44,124 bases of DNA from an uncultured Candidatus Saccharibacteria bacterium (GTDB taxonomy: Bacteria; Patescibacteriota; Minisyncoccia; Phycocordibacterales; CAIZLB01). The notes beneath the pieces are model-generated. The model was given only the letters and a program-made list of their open reading frames with translations. It searched no databases and was not told the origin of the DNA. Location: NCBI GenBank assembly GCA_964450605.1, contig CAYVEK010000002.1:153681-197804 (forward strand). The letters are read 5' to 3'. This document shows, one piece after another, positions 16,554 through 25,665 of this stretch (positions are counted from its first letter, which is position 1; each line of letters begins with the position of its first letter). The translations under genes were made by a program, and so were the position numbers.

Positions 16554-18104
16554 TTATTTTTCTATAAGAGTTACACCTTTCATACCTTCTGCTTCTGGTA
16601 GATCGAATAGATCTAAAACAGTTGGAGCGAGATCAGCTAAAGTTCCTCCGGAACGGAGTTTTACTTCAGTACCAGCGCCTATAAGGATACAAGGGACAGG
16701 ATTTGTTGTGTGTGCGGTATGTTTTGCACCAGTCGTCTCATCTATGGTTACTTCAGCATTTCCATGATCAGCAGTAACAAGAGCCACTCCTCCTATAGCA
16801 ACGATATGTTCAACCAAACGTTTGCACTCTCGATCAACAGCCTCTACCGCTTCGATGATTGCAGGAATATTTCCTGTATGCCCTACAACATCAGCATTTG
16901 GAAAGTTTATAACCAAAAAATCCGCAACTTTTAATTCTTCTATAGATGCATCTACGATCTCTTTCGCTTTCATCTCCGGCGCTAGATCATGAGTCGCGAC
17001 ATCTGTTCGACTATCTATTTTTACATGTCGCTCGCCTACCTGTACAAGATCACTTTGCCCATTTAAGAAAAAAGTAACATGCGGAAATTTCTCAGACTCT
17101 GAAACATGAGCTTGTACGATATGTCCTTTTGATAATTCTTTTGCAAGTGTTGTTTGTATATCAGCCGGCGGAAAAGCAACAACAGTATCTATCTCTTCAC
17201 CGTATTGAGTCATACTTACAAAGTACAAATTCATCTCTTCTTTGTGTTTCAAAATACTCTGTGTTAGCTGGCGTGCTCTATCAGCTCGGAAATTAAAGAA
17301 AAATATTCCGTCATTATTTTCAATAAAATAATTTTTACCGTCAGCATGAGTATACAATTGATGTTCTAGATATTCATCTATCTTTCCTGTTGGATCATGT
17401 TGCTCATATTGCATTTGCATGAACTGGGCCGGAGTATATTCTGTTGAATGGCAAACATTTCCTCGGCAAGAAAAAAGTATGTCCATAACTTTATCTATAC
17501 GATCTTGATTTCCAGCTCTATCCATACCAAAATATCTACCACCAAAACTACCTATCACACCAACACCTATCTCTTGTATTTTAGCTTCGAGTTCTTCAAA
17601 GTATTTTTTTGCACTTCCCGGTGCAGTATCACGTCCATCAGTAAAGAGATGTAAAACTACTCTGTCTTTTTCTAATCCTTTTTGTTTTGCCAACTCTAAA
17701 AACGCATAGATGTGAGAGTTATGACTATGCACACCACCATCACCTAACAGTCCCAACATGTGTATCTTTGATCCTTTGGATTGTATATGATCAAACAGTT
17801 TTCCAAATGCTTCATTTGTAAAAAATGTACCTGTTCGAATAGCTTTTTCTATAGTCACCAAATCAGTATCGATGGCAGATCCTGCACCTATAGTTGTGTG
17901 ACCTATTTCACTATTTCCCATCTGACCGTCTGGAAGTCCCACAGCAAGACCACTAGCTTCTAAGAGGGTATGTGGTTGTTCTGCCCATATCTGGTCAAAA
18001 AATGGCGTTTTAGCCTCTTTTATAGCATTGTGTTTAGACTCTTCTCTGTGACCCCAACCATCCATAATAATAAGGGCAACTTTTTTATATTCTGAGTTCT
18101 GCAT
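16554..18104 (-). CDS. gpmI: 2,3-bisphosphoglycerate-independent phosphoglycerate mutase
   Basis: 516 aa. N-terminal LIIMDGWG, MGNSEIGH, ADHGNAE motifs. Confidence 0.9.
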   Translation of the reverse strand: MQNSEYKKVALIIMDGWGHREESKHNAIKEAKTPFFDQIWAEQPHTLLEASGLAVGLPDGQMGNSEIGHTTIGAGSAIDTDLVTIEKAIRTGTFFTNEAFGKLFDHIQSKGSKIHMLGLLGDGGVHSHNSHIYAFLELAKQKGLEKDRVVLHLFTDGRDTAPGSAKKYFEELEAKIQEIGVGVIGSFGGRYFGMDRAGNQDRIDKVMDILFSCRGNVCHSTEYTPAQFMQMQYEQHDPTGKIDEYLEHQLYTHADGKNYFIENNDGIFFFNFRADRARQLTQSILKHKEEMNLYFVSMTQYGEEIDTVVAFPPADIQTTLAKELSKGHIVQAHVSESEKFPHVTFFLNGQSDLVQVGERHVKIDSRTDVATHDLAPEMKAKEIVDASIEELKVADFLVINFPNADVVGHTGNIPAIIEAVEAVDRECKRLVEHIVAIGGVALVTADHGNAEVTIDETTGAKHTAHTTNPVPCILIGAGTEVKLRSGGTLADLAPTVLDLFDLPEAEGMKGVTLIEK

Positions 18105-18108
18105 AGTT

Positions 18109-18720
18109 TTAGATAAGATGTTTTAATTTTTCAATATCAGGGTGTAATCTATCAAGATCTTTTTTAAATGATTCGACATTACGTTTTGTTGCATCAAATT
18201 TTGTTTTTAAACCTTGTGCGTATGTTCTTTTTTTCTGCAATTCACTCACACTTAATCTCTGTCTTTTCTCTATATCTTGAGACTCTTGTGTAAGGTGTAG
18301 GTGTTTGTTTTTAAGCATCTGAACTTCTGCTTCGAGTTGTTTTATTTTCTGCGCAATATCATCAGCTTCTTTCTTTTTTTTCGGAAGCTCTTCAAATTTT
18401 CGCTCTTCCTCACGTTCCGCATGTGCAAGATCTTGTTCGTATCTATCGAGTTCAGATTTCAATCTTCTTCCTTCAGACTCAAGTCGCTCATAGTTTTGTT
18501 CTGCAGCGTGATATTCACGACTCTTACTATCATACTCCAGTTTTGCCCGCTCTCGTTCTCGACGCTCTCGTTCTTTCTTCAGATACTCCATTTTCATCCG
18601 TTCCGCCGCGCCAGCATCATAGTTAGAACTATGACTTGTTCCTGCTCTCACATCCTCAAGTTTGGTGTGAGTTTGATTTTGCGAATTATTTCTTGTTGGA
18701 GGTGTTGTGATACCAAACAT
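18109..18720 (-). CDS. coiled-coil hypothetical protein
   Basis: 203 aa, highly charged E/K/R-rich heptad-like sequence. No family recognised. Confidence 0.55.
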   Translation of the reverse strand: MFGITTPPTRNNSQNQTHTKLEDVRAGTSHSSNYDAGAAERMKMEYLKKERERRERERAKLEYDSKSREYHAAEQNYERLESEGRRLKSELDRYEQDLAHAEREEERKFEELPKKKKEADDIAQKIKQLEAEVQMLKNKHLHLTQESQDIEKRQRLSVSELQKKRTYAQGLKTKFDATKRNVESFKKDLDRLHPDIEKLKHLI

Positions 18721-18744
18721 ACTTTTTCTATTGTATCACGTTTT

Positions 18745-18820
18745 TGGAGCCACTTCCCAGGCTTGAACTGGGGACCTACTGTTTACAAAACAGTTGCTCT
18801 ACCAACTGAGCTAAAGTGGC
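18745..18820 (-). tRNA. tRNA-Thr (TGT), CCA encoded
   Basis: Manual fold: GCCACTT acceptor, anticodon arm ACTGT-TTTGTAA-ACAGT, T arm CCCAG-TTCAAGC-CTGGG, 3' AAGTGGCTCCA. Confidence 0.9.
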
Positions 18821-18902
18821 ATAAAGGTGTCGCGAGGAGAGGCAATAGTTTGGGGAGACAATGTCTCAACGCCCCTTCTGCGACACCTACACTATACACT
18901 AT

Positions 18903-19397
18903 TTATTTTCCGATTTCAAATCTTGTAAATCTTACAAGTTCTACCTTTTCACCAAACTTCTGCATAGCTCCATCAACCAATCCCTGTATTGTTACACTTG
19001 GATTTTTAACGAAAGGCTGACTTAGAAGCGCCTCTTCTTCACTCGCGCCAGCAGCTACTGCCTCTTCAGCTTTTAGATACTGAGGATTCATAGCTGTTAC
19101 ATGCATAGCGATATCTGATGCGATAGTTCGAAACTCTGCGTTATTTGATACAAAGTCTGTCTCTGAAGCAAGTTGTACTAGAGAGCCCATCATACCGTTT
19201 GAGTGTATGTAGGACTGTATTACTCCTGCGCCTAGCTCTCGATCAGCTTTTTTAGCTGCTTGCTCAGCACTTTTTTCTTTAAGAATAGCAAGTGCTTTTG
19301 CTTTATCCCCACCAGCTTCTTCAAGAGCTTTTTTACATTGCATCACTGAGATACCTGTCTCTTCTCGAAGTTCTTTGATTTGTTCAGGTGTTACCAT
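18903..19397 (-). CDS. tsf: elongation factor Ts (short form, 164 aa)
   Basis: UBA-like N-terminus ELREETGISVMQCKKALEEAGGD. Canonical position downstream of rpsB. Confidence 0.85.
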   Translation of the reverse strand: MVTPEQIKELREETGISVMQCKKALEEAGGDKAKALAILKEKSAEQAAKKADRELGAGVIQSYIHSNGMMGSLVQLASETDFVSNNAEFRTIASDIAMHVTAMNPQYLKAEEAVAAGASEEEALLSQPFVKNPSVTIQGLVDGAMQKFGEKVELVRFTRFEIGK

Positions 19398-19434
19398 ATT
19401 TTTATTTCAAGTTTCTTTTAGATTTTATAAATAT

Positions 19435-20103
19435 TTATGCAAGTAACTGGTGCAGTACATACTCTACTGCAGATCGTCCTGAATCATTTGCAAGTATTGG
19501 ATATGTAATGTTTGAAATCTTACAATCTGTGTTTGCGATAGCTATAACAGGAACTTTTGTATCATTTGCCTCCTGTACAGCAATAAATTCTTTTTTAGGA
19601 TCAACAACAACAATGGCAGCTGGAAGAGCTTTCATCTCTCGAACTCCACCAAACAACTTTTCAAGTCGCTCAACTTCTTTGTCCATAAGTGACTGCTCTT
19701 TCTTTGTATATTTTTTAAGCTCACCTTTTGCTTTCATGTCTATAAGCTCAAGCATTCGATCGATTCGTCGTCGAATGTTATCGAAGTTTGTAAGAAGACC
19801 TCCTACCCATCGACCTGCTACATACATCTGACCTAATTTCTCGGCATATGCTTTAGCAAGATCTTTAACTTCGTTTTTACTTGTAACAAAAAGGATTGGT
19901 TTCTTTTCCGCAATAAGTGGAGCAAGAAATTCTTTTGCTGCTGCTAATTGTTTTTGAGTAACTTCAACATCAATGATGTCCATATTACCTTTTGTTCCAT
20001 ACACATGCTTTGCAACTGATGGATTTCGAGAAGAACGTAGTGTTCCGTAGTGAACTCCAGCCTCAAACATAGCCTGTGCGTCTGCTGTTTTGTGTTGTGT
20101 CAT
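19435..20103 (-). CDS. rpsB: 30S ribosomal protein S2
   Basis: S2 signature. The start is moved to the internal Met (MTQHKTADAQAMFEAGVHYG) because a TTGATT-N17-TATACA promoter-like site lies just upstream of it. Confidence 0.85.
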   Translation of the reverse strand: MTQHKTADAQAMFEAGVHYGTLRSSRNPSVAKHVYGTKGNMDIIDVEVTQKQLAAAKEFLAPLIAEKKPILFVTSKNEVKDLAKAYAEKLGQMYVAGRWVGGLLTNFDNIRRRIDRMLELIDMKAKGELKKYTKKEQSLMDKEVERLEKLFGGVREMKALPAAIVVVDPKKEFIAVQEANDTKVPVIAIANTDCKISNITYPILANDSGRSAVEYVLHQLLA

Positions 20104-20214
20104 ATAGGTCTTATGTATACCAAATTTAAGGCAATAAATCAAGGGTTTTTTACCTTGCCAACCCTAGCTTTTAGGACTATTGACTGTTTTATAGATATAT
20201 GCTATTTTGTATAC

Positions 20215-20351
20215 GTCTTGGGTACTATACCTATTTGTTCAAACCTTCGGAACCGACTTTGGCTTAGGGCCGGATGTAGGGGGAATGAAACAAAAGGGTC
20301 TAGACCATAGGACCGGTCGCCGAACGAAGTTTGGCGACCGCTTTTTATTTT
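20215..20351 (+). ncRNA. candidate small RNA of unknown class
   Basis: TTGACT (20180-20185), 17-nt spacer, TATTTT (20203-20208) upstream. GGTCGCC-N11-GGCGACC hairpin followed by a T-run at 20315-20351; the T-run follows the hairpin only on the plus strand. No credible plus-strand ORF. Confidence 0.3.
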
Positions 20352-20355
20352 TATA

Positions 20356-21342
20356 CTATTCACCGTCCTCAACCTCAGCAGAACCTCCTGCCTCAAAATA
20401 CCCCACGACCTCAGTAATCATCTTATCTATCTGGCCTGCCATGATATTTTGTATACCATGCCATGATTCCTTGAGACGGTGATCTGTTACTCGATCCTGA
20501 AGAACATTGTATGTTCTTATCTTTTCAGATCTATCACCTGTTCCAAGCTGTGACTTTTTAAGTCCTGAGAACTTAGCCATCTCTTCCTCTTCTTTCTTTT
20601 GAGCCAACTTTGCTTGCAAGATAGTCATTGCTTTTTCTCGGTTTTTAAGCTGACTTCGCTCTGACGTACATCGAACATCTATACCGGTAGGTTTATGAAT
20701 AAGACGTACAGCAGTTTCCACTTTGTTTACGTTTTGACCTCCAGCACCACCTGAACGTGAAAACTCCATCTCTATATCAGCTGGATTTATTTCAAATTTA
20801 ACTTTTTTTCGTATAGGAAGTACGGCAACAACAGCAGTAGATGTATGAACTCGACCAGACTTTTCTGTCTCTGGAATACGTTGTATTCGATGTACTCCAA
20901 TCTCATATTTAAAATATCTATACACCTCAAAGCCTCGAACCTCGAATGTGGCTTCTTTGTATCCTCCTATACCGTTTTCAGATATATCAACAGTCTCGAC
21001 TCTCCAACCCTTTTCCGCAGCATATGTTTTGTACATTTCCGAAAGATCAGCAGCAAAAAGAGCAGCCTCGTCTCCACCCACACCGGCTCGTATTTCAAGT
21101 ACTATTTCATTCGGATACATATCAGCAGCCTCATCTTCCTTGATAATATCTTTGATCTTTGCAACCATCGCATCTATCTGTTCATCAGTTGTTTTGATAT
21201 CAGACTCTGCCATCTCTTTCATTTCAGGATCTTGTGCCATTTCTAAAAGAGACTCTTTTTCTTTTTGCAAACGCTCTATCTCACCAGCAAAAAAACTAGT
21301 CTTAAAATCTTTTTTTAATTCTTCTAGATTTAGGTCTTCCAT
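20356..21342 (-). CDS. prfA: peptide chain release factor 1
   Basis: 328 aa. GGQ motif ([16 protein letters not shown]) and RF1-type P-x-T tripeptide ([10 protein letters not shown]). Confidence 0.85.
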   Translation of the reverse strand: MEDLNLEELKKDFKTSFFAGEIERLQKEKESLLEMAQDPEMKEMAESDIKTTDEQIDAMVAKIKDIIKEDEAADMYPNEIVLEIRAGVGGDEAALFAADLSEMYKTYAAEKGWRVETVDISENGIGGYKEATFEVRGFEVYRYFKYEIGVHRIQRIPETEKSGRVHTSTAVVAVLPIRKKVKFEINPADIEMEFSRSGGAGGQNVNKVETAVRLIHKPTGIDVRCTSERSQLKNREKAMTILQAKLAQKKEEEEMAKFSGLKKSQLGTGDRSEKIRTYNVLQDRVTDHRLKESWHGIQNIMAGQIDKMITEVVGYFEAGGSAEVEDGE

Positions 21343-21408
21343 AGTATTTGTTTAAGTATAGCAAATTAAAAAGAGCTCATGGTTTAAATGGGCTCTTTTT
21401 AATCGTGG

Positions 21409-21654
21409 TTATTTTGAAGCTTTCTTTGTAGTCTTCTTTGCTCCAGCGGCTTGCTGTCGAGCTTTAAACTTCTCTACTCGTCCCGCTGTATCCAAAACTT
21501 TCTCCATACCTGTGTAGAATGGGTGGCATGCAGAGCAAATTTCGATAGAGTTTGACTCCTTTGTAGAACCAATAGTATATGTCGCACCACATGCACATGT
21601 AAATGTAGCATTTGGGAAGTATGTTGGGTGTGATAACTCAGTTGTTTTCTTCAT
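21409..21654 (-). CDS. rpmE: 50S ribosomal protein L31 (Cys-containing form)
   Basis: 81 aa. CxC...CxxCHPFYTG pattern. Confidence 0.85.
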   Translation of the reverse strand: MKKTTELSHPTYFPNATFTCACGATYTIGSTKESNSIEICSACHPFYTGMEKVLDTAGRVEKFKARQQAAGAKKTTKKASK

Positions 21655-21670
21655 AGTCCCCTATTATACA

Positions 21671-23014
21671 TCATTCTGTGATTAAATCAATATCCGCCTG
21701 GAGCTTTAGAGCATGGGCCATAACTGAGTTTCCGTAGCTTGTATTTCCAGTCACAGAACCACAGGCTTTACCGGAATAGTATCGGCAAGCAGCATTCCTC
21801 TCAGCCGATGCGGTCTGAGAAGAAGCCCCTAGGTCAGCCACATAGAGGGCTGTGGCCATAAAGGCATCTTGAGCATTCCAAGGGTTGGCGTATCCACCAC
21901 CACCTCGGGCAGAAACCACTCGATTTTCAAACATTTCCCATGTCGAAGGGATAAACTGTGATGGACCCATAGCACCTCCGTAGCCTATAGAAAGCGGACA
22001 GGATACTCGCGTTTTATACGGGTCTTTTCCAAGCTTCTTTGTGATACGTAAAAATGGTTGAACATCACGACTCGGCTTCATTACGTTTTTAACCGCGGCA
22101 CCTGAACTTACTTTTACACCTTCACCTGTTTCTTCATTTGAAAGATAACAAGAACCGAGGTTTGAACCTATGTTTGTTTCCTGCTTGAGTATGGCAAGTA
22201 TAAATGCAGGACGAACACCCGTAGCTTTTCCTGCAGATTTGGCGTAACGAACAGCATCTTCAAACTTAATAGAGCCTGAATCTCGAAGTGCAAACAAAGC
22301 ATTTTTTATCTCGGTAACTTTTTTCTTTTTTTCACTGATAGCCAGGTTGTATTGAGTCTGTTCTTTTTTATTTAAATTAAGAAGTCGCTGTTTTTCTGCC
22401 TCTGCTTTTTCGATTACTTTTTTCTCTGCCTCTATTGCATATTTTGAATCGTATTCTTGATCACGTTTTTCATCCAACTCATTTCTTTCTCTCTCTTCGT
22501 CTTGTCTGTCTTTATTTATATACCCAATCTCATCACGAATACGAGACTGTATGGAAACATATGCATCTAAATCTTCAAAAAAGGATGAAATGTCGTCTTT
22601 TGAAAGCAGAGCTTCCACAACAGAATAATCATCAAACTCGTGACTTAAAACAACAATTTCTTCGAGAGATGCCTTACTTTTTTTAATACGGCCTTTTAGT
22701 GTTTCTATGTTATTCTCCTTACTTACTATATCTTTACCCAGTTTAAGGATAGACAGTTCGTGGGCACGTATTTTTAGTTTAGCCTGCTGTGTTTTTATCT
22801 CTAGAAGTTTTTTATCACGCTGAATAGAATTAGCTTCCTTTTCAAGCACTGCCTTTTGTTTGCTCAAACTATCTATCTCAGCCTCAGCCTTCTCGAGCTC
22901 TGCCAAACACGCCTGACGATTATCAGGATTTGTACAATCAAGTGCTTTGGTACCTATCGCAGAGAAAGCAAGTACTGTAAATAAAAACAACCATAAAGAA
23001 AACACAAATTTCAT
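21671..23014 (-). CDS. secreted coiled-coil protein with a C-terminal lytic transglycosylase (SLT_2/MltB-like) domain
   Basis: Start reset to MKFVFSLWLFLFTVLAFSA (signal peptide) because the longer ORF overlaps rplY. C-terminal GAMGPSQFIPSTW motif. Stop codon is TGA. Confidence 0.7.
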   Translation of the reverse strand: MKFVFSLWLFLFTVLAFSAIGTKALDCTNPDNRQACLAELEKAEAEIDSLSKQKAVLEKEANSIQRDKKLLEIKTQQAKLKIRAHELSILKLGKDIVSKENNIETLKGRIKKSKASLEEIVVLSHEFDDYSVVEALLSKDDISSFFEDLDAYVSIQSRIRDEIGYINKDRQDEERERNELDEKRDQEYDSKYAIEAEKKVIEKAEAEKQRLLNLNKKEQTQYNLAISEKKKKVTEIKNALFALRDSGSIKFEDAVRYAKSAGKATGVRPAFILAILKQETNIGSNLGSCYLSNEETGEGVKVSSGAAVKNVMKPSRDVQPFLRITKKLGKDPYKTRVSCPLSIGYGGAMGPSQFIPSTWEMFENRVVSARGGGGYANPWNAQDAFMATALYVADLGASSQTASAERNAACRYYSGKACGSVTGNTSYGNSVMAHALKLQADIDLITE

Positions 23015-23084
23015 ATACGTATATAAGTATATCAAGTCGTCAACAAAACAAAAACCCCCTTTCGGGAGTTTTTGTTGTTGAATG

Positions 23085-23708
23085 TTATTCCGCAGCCTCT
23101 TCTTCTTTCTTTCCTTTCTGGTCTGAAACTTCGATCGCTGACATATCGATAGATGATGGAGCCTCTTCCTCTTCTTCTTTATGTTTTGCGGCGATGGCAA
23201 TAACCTCTTCTTCTCCAGTAACGACACGTACACCTGATGCAACTTTTAGATCTGATACTAAGATCTGATCTTCAAACTCTGCTAGTTTAGCAAGATCAAC
23301 TTCAATCTCATGTGGAAGATCTTTTGCCTCTGCTTCGATCTCAACTTCATGCAAAACCTTAACAAGATCAGCACCAAGAGTTTTTACGGCATTTGAAACT
23401 CCAACAAAAACAAGTGGTACATGCACATGAACCTTCTTACCTTTTTCAATAGCATATAGATCAGCATGAACAATAGTTCCTTTTACAGCATCTTTCTGCA
23501 CATCATGTATAAGAACATCAAGATCTGCACCTAGTCCTTTCAGTGTTATAACTGAAGACTCTCCAGCATCTTTGTAAAGTTTTGTAAAATCTTTTAGATC
23601 AAGTGCTATAGGAGTTGAAGGTTGTTTTGGACCATAGCAAACAGCCTTAATCTTTCCGGCCATATCAAGACCAGCTTCGACTTTTACTGCATTTAGTGTA
23701 TATGTCAT
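23085..23708 (-). CDS. rplY: 50S ribosomal protein L25/Ctc
   Basis: 207 aa, L25/Ctc-like with an acidic C-terminal tail. Confidence 0.8.
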   Translation of the reverse strand: MTYTLNAVKVEAGLDMAGKIKAVCYGPKQPSTPIALDLKDFTKLYKDAGESSVITLKGLGADLDVLIHDVQKDAVKGTIVHADLYAIEKGKKVHVHVPLVFVGVSNAVKTLGADLVKVLHEVEIEAEAKDLPHEIEVDLAKLAEFEDQILVSDLKVASGVRVVTGEEEVIAIAAKHKEEEEEAPSSIDMSAIEVSDQKGKKEEEAAE

Positions 23709-23766
23709 AATGCATCGAAGTATACACTATTTTCTATATTTTTCAAGTCGTAGTATCATAAAGCCT

Positions 23767-24924
23767 ATGTTTAAAAGAATATTCTCCTTTTTTGTTTTGA
23801 ACCGTATTTTTATAGTTATTTTGGCCTTTTTTGCACTGACTCTGGCAACAAGTACCAAAAGCCATCTCATGCGCGGAGACTCAAAAACCTTTCCTATAAA
23901 TCAAGGATCCTACATCTACACCTATACCCAACCCGATAGCAAGCTTTTACATATGTGGGCCGTCTGGGATACCAAGTGGTATATCAGTATTGCTGATGAT
24001 GGGTATTCTAAACAACCGTACCCTTTTAAAACCACAGATAACAAAGGCTTTTTGCCTCTATATCCTATATTACTTTATATATTTGGAAATCTATTTTTCT
24101 TTGGCAACTTCTTTTTAGCAGGTATTGTTATATCAAACATATTCCTCCTACTCGGATTAATGCTTTTGTTTAAATTAATAAAAGAACATCCTACCCTATC
24201 AAAACATATAGAAACGAGGCGAGATACTCTTTTTTACATTTTAACTTTTCCTACAGCATATATACTTTCTGCAATATATCCTGAATCTTTATTTTTGTTT
24301 TTAAGCATTGCTGTATTTTATGCGGTAGAAAAAAACAAAATATACACAGCGCTCATATTGTTCGGCTTAGCATGTATGACAAAAACATTTGGAATATTTC
24401 TTATAATCCCGATCGCTTGGCATATATTACACAAAAAGAAACATATACATGTTGAAAAACTACTCAAATACATACTTGTTGGTTTAATTATTCCGATATC
24501 ATACTGTGCGTACATGTTTTACATATCAGGTGATGCTTTTGCATACATACATATACAAGAAAAGTTCTTTAGTCACTCATGGGTAAATCCTTTTATTGAG
24601 ATATTTAATAGTGCATTTGCTGGAAATTTCTCTGAACTTTGGAATGGGTGGTTTACACTGACCGCACTACTCATCATACTTGGAGCAAGTAAAAAAATAC
24701 CTCTTCCATACACCTTGTATGGAATAGCTGTACTCCTATTTACACCCGCAACAGGAATGGTTTTGGGATCAAGTAGGTACATAGCGAGTTTGTTCGTACT
24801 TCCACTCGCACTTTCTACTCTGGTTAAACACCAAGAAACAAAATACATATTGATTAGTATATTTTCAGTAATTCAAGGATTTGCCATATTTTGGTGGGTC
24901 ACAGGAGCTGGTTTCGTCTCTTAG
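23767..24924 (+). CDS. integral-membrane GT-C glycosyltransferase, PIG-V/mannosyltransferase-like
   Basis: Multi-TM protein with WDTKWYISIADDGY, as in PIG-V-type mannosyltransferases. Start chosen at MFKRIFSFF; the track ORF begins at 23710. Confidence 0.55.
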   Translation: MFKRIFSFFVLNRIFIVILAFFALTLATSTKSHLMRGDSKTFPINQGSYIYTYTQPDSKLLHMWAVWDTKWYISIADDGYSKQPYPFKTTDNKGFLPLYPILLYIFGNLFFFGNFFLAGIVISNIFLLLGLMLLFKLIKEHPTLSKHIETRRDTLFYILTFPTAYILSAIYPESLFLFLSIAVFYAVEKNKIYTALILFGLACMTKTFGIFLIIPIAWHILHKKKHIHVEKLLKYILVGLIIPISYCAYMFYISGDAFAYIHIQEKFFSHSWVNPFIEIFNSAFAGNFSELWNGWFTLTALLIILGASKKIPLPYTLYGIAVLLFTPATGMVLGSSRYIASLFVLPLALSTLVKHQETKYILISIFSVIQGFAIFWWVTGAGFVS

Positions 24925-24952
24925 ATGTGGTAGACTAAAACCACACACATTT

Positions 24953-25654
24953 ATGCCTCCATTATCCGTAGTTATTCCTTGTAAAAATGAAGAAGAAAGC
25001 ATTTTTTCAATGCTCACAGAGTTACGAGATATACTGATTAAAGACGGTGTAGAGCACGAAATACTGGTAGTAGACAACAACTCGACAGATAACAGTGCAC
25101 TTGAAGCAAAGAAGGTTCCTGGAGTTAAAGTTGTATTTTGTGAAAAACCTGGTTATGGAATAGCCATACGAACAGGTGTTAAACATGCAGTTCATGATCA
25201 TATATGTAAACTAGATGCAGATGGCAGTTACAATCCTGTATACATAAAACCATTACTACAACTACTACATATACACAAGGCAGATCTGACACTTGGAAAT
25301 AGATTTTCTGGCGGAGATACCCATAATATAAAGTTTTTACATAAGATTATCGGCGTTCCAGCCCTTAACTTTGTAACCAACACTCTTTTTCGAGCGCCAG
25401 AGTCTTTTGATTCTCATTGTGGACTTAGAGTTTTTAAAAAAGATATTGTCACAAAACTAAACCTTAGACACGATGATTTTTCATTTGCCAATGAAATGAT
25501 ATGCAAAGGTCTTAAAAATAAAATAGTTATGAAACAAATACCTATAGTTCTACGAAAAGATTTACGAGTTCTTACTACATCAAAGATAAAAACCATCAAA
25601 GATGGTTTTTATGCTCTCAAAACTATTTTAAAAATTAGATTTTCTAGAGATTAA
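24953..25654 (+). CDS. glycosyltransferase family 2 (polyprenyl-phosphate sugar synthase-like)
   Basis: MPPLSVVIPCKNEEE start and a DxD region (KLDADGSY). Confidence 0.75.
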   Translation: MPPLSVVIPCKNEEESIFSMLTELRDILIKDGVEHEILVVDNNSTDNSALEAKKVPGVKVVFCEKPGYGIAIRTGVKHAVHDHICKLDADGSYNPVYIKPLLQLLHIHKADLTLGNRFSGGDTHNIKFLHKIIGVPALNFVTNTLFRAPESFDSHCGLRVFKKDIVTKLNLRHDDFSFANEMICKGLKNKIVMKQIPIVLRKDLRVLTTSKIKTIKDGFYALKTILKIRFSRD

Positions 25655-25665
25655 ACTTAGAAGAA

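Noticed and set aside
18821-18902. Long imperfect hairpin between tsf and tRNA-Thr (AGGTGTCGC...GCGACACCT enclosing GGGG..GAGAC-att-GTCTCCCC), considered as a separate ncRNA
   Set aside because: It is most simply the tsf terminator or processing structure upstream of the tRNA. There is no second copy and no recognisable motif. Noted but not promoted to a finding.
20215-20351. SRP (4.5S) RNA, 6S RNA or RNase P RNA in the prfA-rpsB gap
   Set aside because: GCCGGATGTAGG superficially resembles part of E. coli 4.5S RNA. However, there is no GGAA-tetraloop hairpin with the flanking AGCA/GGA loops. There is no GAGGAAAGUCC-type P4 motif, and the length is wrong for RNase P or 6S.
23015-23242. N-terminal extensions of track ORFs: 21671-23242, 36510-36614, 20104-20142, 24881-24952, 23710-23766, 26917-26940
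   Set aside because: The extensions variously overlap rplY or a tRNA gene, leave no room for a promoter, start at non-ATG codons, or precede a clear signal peptide or conserved N-terminus at an internal ATG.
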